From contig CP154954.1 in the NCBI GenBank assembly GCA_039621445.1, positions 16,014,140-16,078,139 of the forward strand: a stretch of DNA of 64,000 nucleotides, written 5' to 3'. Of the stretch, positions 26,401 through 42,100 are shown piece by piece. Source of the DNA: Euglena gracilis (Eukaryota). The position numbers and the translations under genes are program-made. The notes under the pieces are model-generated. The model worked only from the letters and a program-made list of their open reading frames with translations, had not been told where the DNA came from and ran no database searches. Numbering within the stretch: the first letter of the stretch is position 1; the number at the start of each line of letters is the position of its first letter.

Positions 26401-28417
26401 TCTGGATGCCAGGTGGCTTTGTGTAGCTGTTCCACCGCACCGGAATGACCAGCACAAGGCACCTCTCGGCCCACACTCTGTGGCGGCAGATCTTCTGGCT
26501 TTCTGAAAAGCTTAAGAGTGATGAAAAGGAGGATACCCACCCATCAATCGTCCAGACTTGAAATTTTTGGCGTGTGGAACGTTGTTTTGACAGAAAGGGG
26601 ACTGTCATAACCTCAGAGATGATTGTTCAGCTGGATCTTTGGCACATATATCTCCCCTCTGGATGCGAATCTCTCCTGACCAAGCACGTTTGATGATGCA
26701 GCATCTCCCAAGCTTTGGCCAAAGCTTGGGTTCTGTTGCCGGCGGCAGGGTGATGAACGGAATTTTTTTCTTCGATAATTTCTTCGAAAACGTTCGATAA
26801 TTTAAGCCATTTTCGCCACTTTTGGCCGTTTTTGTCCATTTTTGGCTATTTTTGGCCTTTGTCGTCCTTTTTTTTTGGTCCATTTTCGGCCATTTTTGGG
26901 GGCATTTTTGGACATTTTTGGCCGTTTTTTTTGGCTGATTTTACATATATTTGGCCCTTTGGGTGCCTTTTGGCCATTTTGGGCAGATTTTGGCTACTTT
27001 TGGCTGCTTATGGTTGATCCATAAAATGGATCTACATATTTGTCCCTAAAATGGCCAAAATGGGATAAAAGTGGCCAAAGCAAAAAGTGGCCAAAAAATG
27101 GACCAAAAGTGGCCAAAGCGCTATTAGTGGCCAAAAGCAATCGAAAAATGGCCGAAAGAGGTCCTGAATATTTTCCAGGATCTGCAAGAAGTCTGGTTAA
27201 AATATAAAAAGGGGGAAACACCCAGATAAAACTGGGCATGTTTTCAAAAGTAAAAAAAAGTAGAAATACCCAGAAAAAAATGGGCATGGTTTTCGTCACC
27301 CAGGGTTTCTCATGATTTGATCCTAGTAAATCCTCGAGATCGTCCCGAGTAAACAGAGTTTTATTGTGCAATTGATGCTATCCAGGAAAATTTGCAAGCT
27401 GCAACAGGTTGATTTTTCCCCCAAAAAGAAAACCAAAAATTCACACACAAGGCACAAAAGCAACAGCTTTTTTCGTTTCCATCCAATTTGTCCCGGCCGC
27501 TTTTCCGAATGTTTCCCTGCAATTTACCTCCGTGTTCTTGTTTGTTTTGAGTTGCGTGTTGCCATTAGGTTTTCTTTAACAACCCTGGGGGAGGGGGGTG
27601 TATTGGGCTATGGTGCACCATGACAGGAAACCCCCTCGGGGGCTTTGGTTTGGGTATTGATACTCCCAAGAAAATTGCCATTACAGCCAATGCTCCCTTG
27701 TGAATGGCCATTATCGGGCACGCCATGGTCAGGCAAGGGGTGTTCATTTTCGACCTCCCGTGCCCCCCGTGCCAGTATTTGGGGTGGGTAATGCTAATGG
27801 GAAGCACTCCGGGGTGAAGCTTTCTGAAAAGATGCCTAGTTGTCACAACCTGGATTCTGTCAATGATATAAATTATGCAATTTGCATTTTCTCTTCACCC
27901 CCGAAGCTTGCATTTTCCCTTATTTTGGCTTTTTTTTAAAAAAAAAATACAAGTTCCATGGTTCCAAAAATGCTAGAAACCGTGAAGACCTTGTTGTAGA
28001 CCTTGCCCCCTCCCCGCCACCATTCGCTTACCCTGAAAGTAGCTACCAGGGTGATTTATGGCTTGATATGTGTGTGTGTGTGTGTGTGCGTGTGCGATCA
28101 TTTGTGGCAACTCAGCCTTGCGCCCCTGAGCCCCTGGTTGCACCAGCGAAAGGCCTTTTCACATTGCGTATGTCGCACCGGTAGAACGGGGAGCCTTGCC
28201 CTCGCCTATTTGCTATACACGTCCGCCACCAGCTGCCCTCTGGCTGATCTGGGGCACCGTTTCCCTGGCAACGACACCACACATATTCTTACAGCAACTT
28301 GCAAAAAGGCTGTTTTTTTTCAAATCCCCAGGAGCCGAACACAAGTTCAATGTTTGAACGACTTCAAGACTTCAAAGGTTCCTGTTTATCAAAAATTCAA
28401 AAACGGTGAAATTCATG

Positions 28418-28561
<144 letters not shown>

Positions 28562-28972
28562 CCCTGTTGTCACCTTTTTCAGTTTGGTGGAGTGATGGAA
28601 AGTGAGAGGTGCATATTTCAGTGCACTGGGCCGAGAAGACAAATGCAAAGCGACATATTGCATCCTGGGACCGACATGTTAGCCATTTTGGTGTTCTTTG
28701 GACTCGGGAGAGGGGGGGGGGCAGCAATCGAATTTCAGCCTCTAGGAACCGTCTTGTGGGTCGTCATAGAGATTTGTCCTCCATTTTTGGATTTGCCATA
28801 TTGTCAGCAAGTTGTTTATTGGGGGTAGATAAACAATTTTTTCCCCCATTGATAAACAATTCTTTCCCCATTAACCTGAATATTTAGATTAAAAGAGGCA
28901 CAAGGAGCCAAAGTCCAAGATGAATCACCTATTTCGCCAAGGAAAACGTAAAACCGGGGGGTTTTTTGGAAG

Positions 28973-29039
28973 CACGAACAATCACGAACAATCACGAACA
29001 ATCACGAACAATCACGAACAATCACGAACAATCACGAAC
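28973..29039 (+). repeat. 10-bp tandem repeat (ATCACGAACA) x~6.5
   Basis: Direct reading. Confidence 0.95.
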
Positions 29040-29079
29040 CGGATTTCATGCTTCCTAGCACGAACCGGTGGTAAACCCT

Positions 29080-30302
<1,223 letters not shown>

Positions 30303-32102
30303 TGATGCTTTTTGCGGCCTTGGCAGCATCGAGACCACATCAACACAGACTTTGCATGAAATGGCTGACAGGACCATCGGTCAGTCTAGCCAAATTTTCT
30401 TCTTGCTGTCCCACCCGGGCGCTTGGCCCAGGCCATGAAGGTAAGGCCAGGGGGCCAACCTTAGGGGGGCCAAGTTTGCATGTGAAGAATTTTGGCGGCC
30501 ATGTGCAAAAGGCCATCCCTACAGGGGCCAAGTTTGCATGTGAGGAGGAGGGTGGCCAAACGCCGGGGGGGGGGGGTACTGTGCATCCGGCACATTTTCT
30601 TCAAAGCAATTGGGTGGGTGTCTCAACTAGCAGATATCCCCTCCAGTCAAGCAACCTTCAGTGCCGAAGCAATCCAACGGTGTTTTCAAAAGGACAACAG
30701 CCTGCAAGCAACGCCATCCCCAGGCTCGATTCTCCTCGAGGTCCCTGGGCTTTCACCGTGGCTGCGAAGAAGAATTCGTGGATGGTTTAAAAAAGGTGTC
30801 ACGGAAACTGCTTGATCCTGATGTCAATCTTGATGCCAACAAAGTCATACCATTCCTCACTGTCTAACCAGGGGTGATTACAGATTAACTGATTGGTTTT
30901 TTGGGCTCTACACCCCCCAGGGGAGGCCAGATGACCGAAAGTGGCACCGTTGGCCCAACGAAACATTTTCCCAATAAACACCCCAATCTTGGACCACAAA
31001 TGCAAATATACTGGAAGAATTGGCACCCCCACTAGCCTTAGTGGGGGGGGTGGGCGGGTGTGGGATTGGGTTGGGTTGGGATAACCAAAAAATTCGGGTG
31101 CATTTTCGGAATCACTGTGAAATGTGCTTCCTTAAGTGGGGGTAGTAATTAGTGGGACGTCCTACAGGAACTATCTAGTGGGACAGGCAAAAAAATTAAT
31201 TTTGTTCAAAATCTCCAATGATCCTGCACAAGTGCAGGATCATTCTAAAATCCCTCACCAGGAACCAAAAACAATTTTCCGGCGCTTCTCGCCGGGAAAA
31301 TGAAATTTTCGCCGTAGGTTTTGACCAATTTTTTTCAAAAAGTGCGCTTTTTGGGGCCTTTTTCAAGGCCCGGTTTTTTTTCCGGTGCAAAGAGCTTTAA
31401 CATTTTTTTGCACAGAGGGAGGGGGGTCCAACTCACACACCCTCCAGGGGGTCCTACCCCCCTGTCCCCGCTCATTTTTTACCCTTCCTTTCCCCCACGG
31501 TGACATTTGTGGCTTGTGTTCTGCAGTGCCCGGCAGTTGCAGGCGCAGGCCAAGCCCCGGGACCATTCTGTTGGAGTTCCCATCTGATGAATCAAGGGCC
31601 CCAATTTTTCGCGCTCTTGTTTTTATAGCTCCTTGGGAGCTATAACGCTTCCACCCTCTATAGCTCGGAAGCTCTGCAAGCTTTGCGAGTCACGTGTCGC
31701 TTGTCCTCTGCGTTGCGTGTGTAATAGCTTTGGCTCTCGCGTCTGCGGGCCAAGACTCGATCGCCCGCCCCACAGGTTCCTTGCGTGGCTTGGCTGGAAA
31801 TCCTTGGGTGTTGGTACCCCCCCCCCCCCAGGCGCTTCCCCCCCCCAGGCGCTTCCCCCCCCCCTCCTCCTTACATGCAAACTTGACCTTCCTAAACTTC
31901 AGCCTTAATTTGCAACTTTGCGCCCAATTTTAGGGCGTTTTGGCTTGTTTTACGCATGGTTGGTACCCTGGCCTAACGTTCAATCGGGTCCAGGGCACCT
32001 GGGGGGGGGGGGGCAACCACCTTCGCTGGTGCAGGGCGATGCAGTAATTGTGGAGTGTAACTTAGACGGCTGGGAATGCACTTTTCATTTTTGGTGGTTT
32101 TT

Positions 32103-35100
32103 TGCGCACCTGCGCATTCTTTTGTGTCCAGTTGTGTTGCCATCACTTGACGGGGCGGCGCACCCGTCAGCTGAAGCCCCTTGTACCAAAATGGGTACCA
32201 TTACTTTCGACCCCCGTGTTTTTTTACTGGGTAAACCAACTTTTTTCGTTTTGAAATTGATGATTTAGCACCTCCGCCGACTGGGGGAAACCTCCCGTCT
32301 GCCGAAGTAGGTGCGACACAAAACGCTGTTTCACGAGGACGAACCCTGGTCAGGTGAAGACGTTGTACCTGCCGCTGTCCCCCCTGTTTTGTGGTGCCCA
32401 GTGAATGAGCAGGTGCGCATTCACCCCCCTCCCCGGCCTTTTCCTGAAATTTTGGACGGTTATTGTGGCTCCCAGGGGTGGTTAGGGGAAGGAGGTACCG
32501 TGGTCTTCATGGTTAGAGTGGAGGGGAGGTTCTGTGCCCTGTGTTGGAAGCAGGACACGAGAGGGTGCTGGTGTGTGGTTAGTGTGTGGTTAGTATGCTT
32601 TCAGAGAGTGGTGGGTGACGGTGTATTTAAACCCATGCCAGGTGTTTGTAAAGGAGGGCTCGGTGCCCTGCCTCAGGGGGTTTGCATTCCACACGGTGCA
32701 CTGCACCCCTCCAAAACACATGCGGGCATAGCATCCATCCAGCCGTGCACGGTGTCTGCTCTGCATGCGCCTTCTCATAGGCACCATGGCACATCACCAT
32801 GTGGGGCCACCTGAGTTTAGGTCTGACGGTTGGGATGGGGTGCTGGGTATGGGGGGGGGGGCTGGCTGGCACTCCTTTGCTGTGCGTCACTGGTTCCTAA
32901 AGCTCCTGAGCGGAGCCCCACTTCAACCCTGTTTGCCACAGACTGCACCTCCAGAACAACCATCACAAACAGGTCTCGAGGTTGCATGAGGCGCAAGAAT
33001 GTGCACGTGCGCACTCTTGGGGCCATTCCTTCGTTGGCTGGGTGTGGTTCTATCTGCAGGAGAGCAGGAGGGGAGCAGCGCTGGGCATCCACAAGAGTGC
33101 GCACCTGCGCATTTCTTGAGAGGGAGTGCTCATGTGCGCATTCTCTGTGTTGTTGGGGAGCTGTGCCTCGCACTCCCGAACCCAGTGCCAGCATTGGGAC
33201 AGGGCAACCCCCATGGTGCACTGCTGGCCTTTTTTGTCAGCGATTTCAGAGGCATCTCATTGCACAAGTGGATGCCACCAGAGTAGGGTGTATGTCTCCT
33301 GGGCTGTGCCTCCACCTTGTGTGCTGAGTTGTTTGGCATGGCCCTGTGTGTCAATCTCCTACCAGGGTGCTTTAAGGGGAGACACAAAAAGGGAATGCGC
33401 ATGTGCGCATTCACCCCAATGTTCTATGTTTGACTGCAGCCATTGCGGACGGAGTGGTGGAGAAAGTGTGTGTATATATGTGATTTCCTTGGTCTTCACA
33501 GCGGCCAGCAGTGGTGTTGTTTTCAGTGCTGGAGCGTCGACTCTGAGCACATGATAAATAAGGGTGCTGTGTGGTGGGTGACGTTTGTTGCCAACAAGGC
33601 CACAGGTGGTGGTCCTCCTTTGCCGAGTTTTGCTCCAGGGCTGCCTTGTCCTCGTACACCATTGGATCCGCGCAGGGAGGTCTACACATCAGCCCCGTGG
33701 CTTCACACTGCAGAACCGGCGGGGGGAGTTGGCGTGGGTGGTGACATTCCCACCTGGGAGTACAAAATTCAGCAGTGTGGCTGTCATTTGAAGAAAGGAA
33801 CAGGACGCTTTTTCCCGCATGTGCGCATTCACCAGCTTTTTACTCATGCCATGAAAGACTGCTGACCGCAGTTGGGAATCAGGGTGCCCGTCACTGAGAA
33901 ATTTCCTCGGGCACTGAAGTCCCTTTCTCATCCGTTTTCCCATGGTGCGACACAGTAGAATACACAGAAAAAGCAGAACGGAAAAAAATCTTGGGTTTAC
34001 CGCCAGGTTTTTTTTTTATGATGTGCTTGTGCCTTTATGATGTGCTCACAGTCTCAAGGGCCTGGATAAATTTTGGGGCAAGGACTGACCAGTGGTGTTC
34101 GCTTCTTTGAGTCCATTTGGATTGTGAAATAATTCCGTGTTTACAGACCGTTTTTGGGAGATACCGAAGGTGGCGATGGGCGTGTTTCGCTCTCGAGGTG
34201 TCAACCCAGTGAGTGCTGTATGTGTGGAACCAGACACAGTCCCCTGCGTTGACCCTACTTGTGGGGCACAGTGCTCCTGGCACCGTGCACTGCAGCCCAA
34301 CATAAGGTTGTTCAGGGCGACCATTGGCTGCCATGCACGCTCTGGGGCGTGGGGTCAGACAACGCCGGCAGCAACCGGCCCATCGCCTCCGCCGTGTGGG
34401 GGACGGTTGCACGTGCGTTGTGACGTGCTCCACACATTCATGAGAGCAGCATACGCTGGGCTGGGCAGTGGACTGCAGCGGGTGAAGTGGAATGCGCAGG
34501 TGCGCATTCTGATTTGTTATATGACTTGAGCTGCAGGGGGGCAGTTCCCCTGTCACTGAAGGACATGAATTCGTGCTTTGACTCCTGCCGTTGCCGAGCC
34601 CAGGTTTTTCCACACCGCTGCAAGTGTCGTGTTTCAGGGTGTGGTGTGGTACAGCGACGTTGTTGCCAAGGGGTGATTCTTTTTTTCATCTCCCCCTCAC
34701 ATGCCCTTGTTCTGCAAGCCCGAAACCACATCATAGCGGTGCACAGCTCGGATTCAAGGCAGGCAAACAACAGGCCATACCCAATGTGTCCTTCAACATC
34801 AATTCACATGTGCGCATTCCCCCTTCCCACAGCCTGTGTCCATTCCAAAAAAAAATGCACACCTGCGCATTCTTTTGGGTTTCCAAAAAATACGCAGGTG
34901 CGCATTCTTCGGCCTTGACACTCAGTGACGCCTACATTGTTTTGACCTTGGGAGGGCTGTGTCTCTGTGGCCGCAAGGAGTTCCTTCCCAGGCTCATCCC
35001 TGGTTCACTAGACCCTGCCCCCGGAAGACATCAGCACACACCGATAAACACAAGGTGGCACACCCAGGTCCAGGTTGGCCTGCGTGGCTCGTGTTCCACA

Positions 35101-35341
35101 TGCCGTGTGGTGTGCTGAGTGTGTGCCCATCCACGCACACGCACTGTACCACAGTCGTTGTGAAACAGCTGTAAACAGCATGATATGGAGTTGAAGCAGT
35201 ATCCAAGGGGGTGGTCCCCTATGGTCGTGTTAATCCAAACAGCTCATTTTTGTGGTGTTTACACCCAGTCTGGAAGAGGCACGCAATCATTCAGAATGCG
35301 CACCTGCGCACTCCGCTTCCGAAATGCGCGGATGCGCATTT
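32103..35341. repeat. Dispersed array of ~13 copies of the palindrome GAATGCGCA-NN-TGCGCATTC
   Basis: Copies near 32103, 32403, 32997, 33095, 33124, 33393, 33815, 34490, 34801, 34852, 34889, 35294 and 35321. Confidence 0.8.
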
Positions 35342-38300
35342 TCACTAAAACTGCCTAAATTTTGTGACTCAACAAGAAAAGTGCATTCCCGGCCGTGAGG
35401 TTCTTGATTTTGGGGATGCAGGGCAATGCAAGGCGATGTCGGCATTTTTTGGCCACTGTTTGACGTTTTCAGCCATTTTGGCCACATTCGGCTGTTTTGT
35501 TTGCTGCTTTGACCTTTTTTTGGCCATTTGAGGTCTTTTTGATTTGATTTTGATTTGAGGTTTATGGATCGTTGGACGAATCGTTACCGGCATATGGGGG
35601 CGAACCATTCAGGCTGTTTTTCTGTTGACACATGGACTGGGGTGCAACTTTGCAATGGTCAACAGAGAGTTTTTCAGGAAAAGAAATATCGGCAGTATCT
35701 TGGCAAATTTTGTGTCAACGTCTTGAAGAGGGAACCAGCAGCACCGGCCCAACAAAGTAGTGGAGGCAGCTATCCCCTCAGACCAAAGCGTTGCCCCCCC
35801 GGGTGGCAACGCTTGCTGGGGCCACAATGGATGGCCAAGTATGCACGGTAAGAGTTTCGGTAGGCTGTGCACAAATTGGCGAAGAATATTAAAATTTTGG
35901 GGCCAAGGTTGCAAGTTGTGGCCGCAGGCCAACTTTAACAAGGCCAAGTTAAGAAAGGAAAAGAAAGGACAAGTGGTGTAACGGCCCGCAGTGCCACTGG
36001 CAGTGCCACCGCAATTCACCTCACACCTGCGTGGCACCTCCCTCCAGGGGACAGATGGGTTTTCGAGAACCAAAGCAACCAGGGGGGTGGGGGCGGGGAG
36101 GGGCAAGGCCAGTGGTCGTGTTTGCACTGTCGTTGTTGGCGACCAGCCTTGTGTTTTGGAGGTGGTGGCTGGGATGCGCGGATTTTGTGGTGGTGGGGGG
36201 GGTGTGGACGGAGCTTCGCGTCCAAGGGGGTGTGGTTTTGTGGTTGGGGTGGGAGGGGGGTGGGGACCGCCCCCCGGGTCATTTCGCCAGACTGGCGCTT
36301 GGGGTAGTGTGTTTGGAGGCTGGGTGGCATGTTTTTTTTTTCCCCGCCAAGTTTGTGTGCGCCTTGGGGGGGTGGTTTTGGGGTTCGGGGGGCGGGGGGG
36401 TGGGGGTGGGGGGTTGGAGGGGGGGGGTGATTTTCTGGTTGGCTTGGTGGTTGGTTGTGGGGATGGTGCTTTCGGGTGTTCGGTTAGCGGTGGCGTGGCG
36501 TAGGGGTGGCGTGTCCGGAGGGGGCAGTCGGATCGAGGCGGGGGTGTGTCGGCCGCATGTGGGACGTGGCGGACAAGTATGGAGTTGCCCAAAATGGCTG
36601 TTTCGATGTGTTTTGGGTGTAAAAGTGTTGTGGTGATTTCGCGGTGTCTTTGTTTGTGGTTTTTTGTGTTTTTGGGGTTTTGCCTTGTGTTTGGTGGGTT
36701 TTCCTTGGGGGGGGGGGTGGGTTTGGGGGGGGTGTTGGGGTAGGGGGTTTTGGTTGATGGGGTGGTGTTTGAGTGGGGGGTATGTGGTTTGGGGAGTTGT
36801 GGTGTTGGGGTGTTTTTTGTGTATGGGGGGGTTGTGTCAGCGGGTGTTTTGGGTGGATTTGTTTTGTGGTGGGGTGGTGGTTGGTCTGATGTTGGGTTGA
36901 GCTGTTGTGTTTGTGGGTTTTTGTGGGGTGTGGGGGGGGTTTTGGGTGGGGGGTTATTTGGGTATTAGAGTGTTTTGTGGGTTTTGTTTTGGAGCTGAGG
37001 TTGGGGTTGGTTGGTGGGTGGGGGGGTGTTTGCCGGGGTGGGGGGGGGGGGTGTGGGTGTGTTGGGGGTTTGGGTGTGTGGGGTGGGTGTGGGGGTGGTG
37101 TTGTGGGTCTTGTTGCTGTGTGGTGATTGTGGGTTGGGGTTTGGGTTGGTGGGTTCCTGTTGTTGGGGTTCTCGTGGGGTTTGTGGTTTTGGGGTGCTTC
37201 CTGCTTTTGTTTCGTGCTGAGGGTGTCTTCTTTTTCATGATTGTGTCCCCATGGGTGTGGAATGTGGTGTGATTTCTTTTTTGTTTGTGCACTGGTTTGG
37301 TTTCGTTTCTGTGGGTGGCTGTCCTCTCTTGTCCTTCTCTTTGCTTGGACCCACCCCCCGGGCAACGACATGGAACAACAAACCGCATCAAAAGGTTCAA
37401 AGTATTTGATTGGGTTTTACAGCTCGGATACCAAGGGGACATCCATTGGGTAAAAACGGGCTTTTTCAAAAAGCAAAGAGTTTTGTGGTTTTGATTCTGC
37501 TTTGTGAAGGGGAAAAAGGAGTGTCTCATTCCGTTTATGGTCCCACTTTCCAACCTACTTCCTCTTTGTGCGGGCAACACCACTCTGATTCATATTTTCC
37601 AATGCTTAGATCGGCGGGCCAATGCGGTTTGGGGCTGGCAAGGCGGCAGTCATTGGAAAATGATTTGCCAGCCAGGGAGTGTTCTGTGGTGTTCACTGAA
37701 CCGACTCCCCTCACAACACGCACAGCTGCTGTTGGAAGTGCCAGGAATCCGAACTGACCTCACCCCAGTTCCCCATAAGCGCAGCTCAACCCGCTTTTTT
37801 TTCAGCCCATCTGTGTGGAAGGGTCCAGGCATTTGATGTGGAGGTATCTCCTCTTCCCCCTCGTTTGGCAGCCTCTCCTCCTTACATGCAAACTCGTTGG
37901 CCTTCGGCCTTAACTTGCGATCTTGCCCCCCCCTTTAATGTTCTTGGCCAATTTTGAATTTTGTGCTGGACTGCTGAAATTCTTAATATGCAATTTGGTC
38001 CCCTAAAGTTGGCACCCCAGCTTTGCCGTCAATCGTGGAGGAACATTCAATCCAGTCGTGTGACAGTTTCATTCAATCAATTGTGTGTGTTTGGAACTAG
38101 CCAGGAGGAGACTAACGGGAGAAAGCGTCCTCACAAAATGCATTGTGCTTGCACACGGGGTCCTCCGCAATTTGCATTGATGTCCCATTCCTGACCCACC
38201 CACAAATAGAAGAACGGGTGCGCTCGTAGTGGACCGGCGGTGGGGGGGTGCATTTTTATGTGGACACTGCGCTTGCAGGACCCTGTGCTTCTTTTAAGGG

Positions 38301-38775
38301 AGGTTATGCCCCCGAGGGGGGGACATGGTTGAGGCGATGTGTTTCGGAGGGGTAATTGAAGCATTAAGGCAGGGTTGGGGGTGGGAGGCATAATCCTCCA
38401 TAATTCCGCATAATTTGCATAGTTTTTGCAATAACTTTAACAACAACAACAACAACCACAGCAACAACAACAACAACAACCACAACAACAACAACAATTT
38501 GCATATAATCTGCATGATAATTTTTCAGGGGACAACAAGAAAAGGGCTGGAAAGCATTTGAGAAGATTGCTGTCTGCCAAAATTGACCCAAAGGGAATTC
38601 CCCAGCCCTTTTTTGCATTTTCGGATTTTTTCACAATGCACATATTTATTATTATTATTATTATTATTATTGTTATTTAAGTTTTGGGCCAATTGCATCA
38701 ATTTTTGTGATTTCCCTAAATTTACGAAAGGGACTAAAATGATCAAAATTGGTCCAAATCAGTCTAACCCCACCC

Positions 38776-39162
38776 CCTAATAAGTGCGCACTGCCCTAAT
38801 TGTGCGCAGTGCCCTAATAAGTGCGCACCCCCCAAGGGTCCGAAACTACCTCCCTAAAAAGTGCGCACCCCCCAAAGGAGAAATCATTGTCATATCTCAG
38901 GTCGGAAAGCACACACAATTCTCAGAACTGTCCTTCTCAGATCAAATATTTCTATCGTCCAAACCCAAATTTGACACATTTGACACACAATCACTTGACT
39001 CATAGCTTGAAATCACAAAATTGGGGGAAAATTGAAAAGTGTGGGGAAATGTCAGTATTTTTGGCTTTGCCCTAAAAAAGTGCGCACTGCCCTAATAAGT
39101 GCGCACCCCTTCGGGTCCGAAACTACGTCCTTAAAATGCGTGCACCCGTGCACTTATTAGTT
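38776..39162. repeat. Degenerate MITE-like repeat with CCCTAATAAGTGCGCAC motifs
   Basis: About five direct copies of CCCTAATAAGTGCGCA and a terminal inverted GTGCACTTATTAG. Confidence 0.55.
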
Positions 39163-42100
39163 TAAAACATGTGGATTGTATTGCAAAAGAATTTGCAAAA
39201 TAATTGGAAGCAAAATAAAAATAGCCCCCCCACAAAATAAGACCCCAGGTCCACTGTTTTCGATTTTTTGCTCAAATCTAATTTTTATTTTTGGAGGCTT
39301 TTTTTAATAGTTTGCTGTTTACACCACATTTCGGGTCTTAAGGGGACAAATTTTGTTCCTAAAGCGTTGAGAGTGCCAAACCCCCAAACCAGTCAGACCT
39401 CCTCAAATGAGGCGGCTCCTTTTTTTTTTTTTTTAACAAAGAAAAACCAAAATAAACAAAAGAAAAAGAATAAAACGGGCGATTGGTGGTCTATTTTTTT
39501 TTTTTTTTTTTTTTGATACATTTTTTTTTGTGTAATTTATTTTTTTTTTTTGCCTTTTTTTTTTTGGTTTTTTTAGGAAATGCAGGTTGGTCGATTTTTT
39601 TTGGAATATTTTTTTTTTGTTTATTTTTTTTGTTGCGGGCTTTTTTTGCATTTTTAGTTGGGCTTTTTTTTTTGACCAGAGTTTATGTTGGGCTTCTGGC
39701 CACTGTTTTTTTTTTTTGACCACACCAAGTCAGAGCCCTGCCGGCACAGATGTTAAGAGTATTTTTCAAACATTTCAGCAGATTTAGTAACAGATGTGGC
39801 CAATGTGGCTACTGCGGCAGGTGCGGGGATGCGGTTACTGGATGCAGCAACTGGAGCAGAGAGCAGGCAGGGCACCGGAGGGTCAAAAGTCACCAAAAAT
39901 TTGCCTGAAGCCAACAAAAAATAGTTGAAAAGTGTGTTCCGAAAATTGAATAAAAGGGACCAAACAATGCCAAAAGGATTTTATGCCGCCTTTTCTCACC
40001 CATATAATCCTGTTAGCGACCAAACAGTGGCCAAAAGGATTTTCTGTTTTTCTGCCGCATTTCTCACCCCGCACAAATCCGTATAATTGCCCGCATTAAT
40101 CCGAATCATTCCCCCCCCGCATAATTTCGACAATTATTGCCTTGTTTACCGACAATGCATAAAGGATAAGTGACATGCAGTCTGTCCCCTACACCCATTT
40201 CATGTTTTGAGAGGCTTTCAGCTCCATTTCAGCATCTTGGACCTCCCACATCTGCAGCCCTACCCCAGACCACTTTCGCCGCCTGTGGTTGCTCTCCACT
40301 GGTTCCTATAATCCGGCGGCCTCCACTTCCCTCTGCACATCCCTCTGGACCAGAGATTTTTTTTTTTCAGTTTGGTGACCCAGGGGGGGGGTTTTAGACC
40401 ATCCCCGTTTTTAAAGTAAATTCCTGGTTGCTCTAGCAGTGTGCTGTTTTACTCTGCCTACGTGCGACTGCTTTTGTTCTTTTTTGAAGACGATGATGTT
40501 AAGATTGCGAAAGGTGCCAAAGTGAAAAGGCCAAAGTGCTGAAAAGCTTTGTTGGACCCTTGTTTGTTTGGCTTTTTTCTTTTTCAAGCTTTGGGCTCCC
40601 ACTCTTGATCCTCCCCCATTCTTGGCCCCCATATACACATTGAGGGCAAAAGTTTGGCTTCGCGCCGTGCAACCTTGTCCCCCCGCTAATTTTTTGGTCT
40701 GGATGTTTGTCATTGCCTAATTTTTAACATTCGACTTTCCCCCCAAATCTGCCCTCGGGGCCGTACCTTCATTTGGTTGGTCCCGTGTGTGAGCCCGCGT
40801 GGATGGGGTGGATGGAGTTCATTCTCCATCTCAAACTCAAACTCCATTTGACCTTTTTGCAATCAATGTTCAGCACTTTAGTATTTTAACGATTCCTTAA
40901 CTGCAAAAGGGGACATGACACTATATTATATTCATTTTCACTACTTTATTTTGCCAATTTCTCAAACTTTGGCCAACAAATTGCATTTCAAGTCAGAGCG
41001 GCAATTTTTTTTTTTTTTATTTCTTTGTGTGTATTTTTTTTTTTGTGGCAATTTGTTTTTTGCAGTCAGTTAACGCTTTGCATTAGGTCATACATCCAAT
41101 TCAAACCCGCCAGCGTTTTTGGTGGGAGGTTTTGGTGCGGCATGTTTGAGGGGGGTGTCGTTCCTGGCTCCAAAGACACATTTATCGTGCACGTAGGGTT
41201 TCACCAGAACCACAGCCCCCGGCGGGGGGAGCACTGCCCATGGATAAGCAGGTTGGCAGATCATCAATGGGCAGGACAGCAATTAGTGTTCAATGCCCGT
41301 AGCAGGTGTACGTACAGACACATAGTTACGGGCGTTTTTTAAAAAAAAAAAGTGGTGCCGGGGCTGGAAGGGGGTTTTTTCCTGTGGGACAAAGCCCGAT
41401 TTTCGACCCATCATCGAAAATCAACTCACAGAAGAGGTCGCCGAAGGGGAAGCCCTCCAGCCCCCCAGGCCCAGGTGGTACCCCCCCCCCAGAGGAGAAC
41501 GGAAGCCACCGGGGACAATTTTTTTCGGCTGCAACCACCCAAAAACTGAGGTGTCATTTTCTTGAGACCGACCATTATCAAAAATGACATTTTGACCAAA
41601 TTTGCCGAAAATTTCGTTGTTGGCGTTTTGTCTGTTTGTCTTTTTTTTTTTTGCTGCGGCTGCCTCCACCAAAGCCAAAAGCGGGTTCTCGCCGTCCTCT
41701 CCAAACCCAATGCATATATCAAGGAAGTTTATTACTATTTCAAACCGAGCCTGCTTTGGTGGGAGCGGTCGGGGAGAGCGGCCTGCTCGCTTCTGATTTG
41801 GGGCATTCTTTGGTTTCCAGTTTAACCAGCACCGTTTTTATTGACCCCTGGGTCCCTCAGCAATCCTCTGACTCATTTCATTTAGGCCTTTGATGGGTTA
41901 CACAACTCAAAGCAAATCAGCAGGACAGAACCTTTGGGCACGGTCGCCCAACAGTGCCAAAAACAGTGGATCCCTGCGACCACTACTCAAGGCTGCAGGT
42001 CAGAGGGTTTGCATGACCCTCAGGGAAAAGACTTTATTTTGCCTTTGGAATTTTTTTTTCCAGTCTGGCTACATCAAAGAGGGCGAATGGTATGCCTTTG

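Noticed and set aside
32103-35341. CRISPR-like array
   Set aside because: Spacing is very irregular, repeats are imperfect, there are no cas genes, and the context is eukaryotic.
35609-37583. Pro/Thr/His-rich ORFs of 200-330 aa
   Set aside because: They lie largely in a G/T-skewed garbled stretch that is probably a base-calling artefact.
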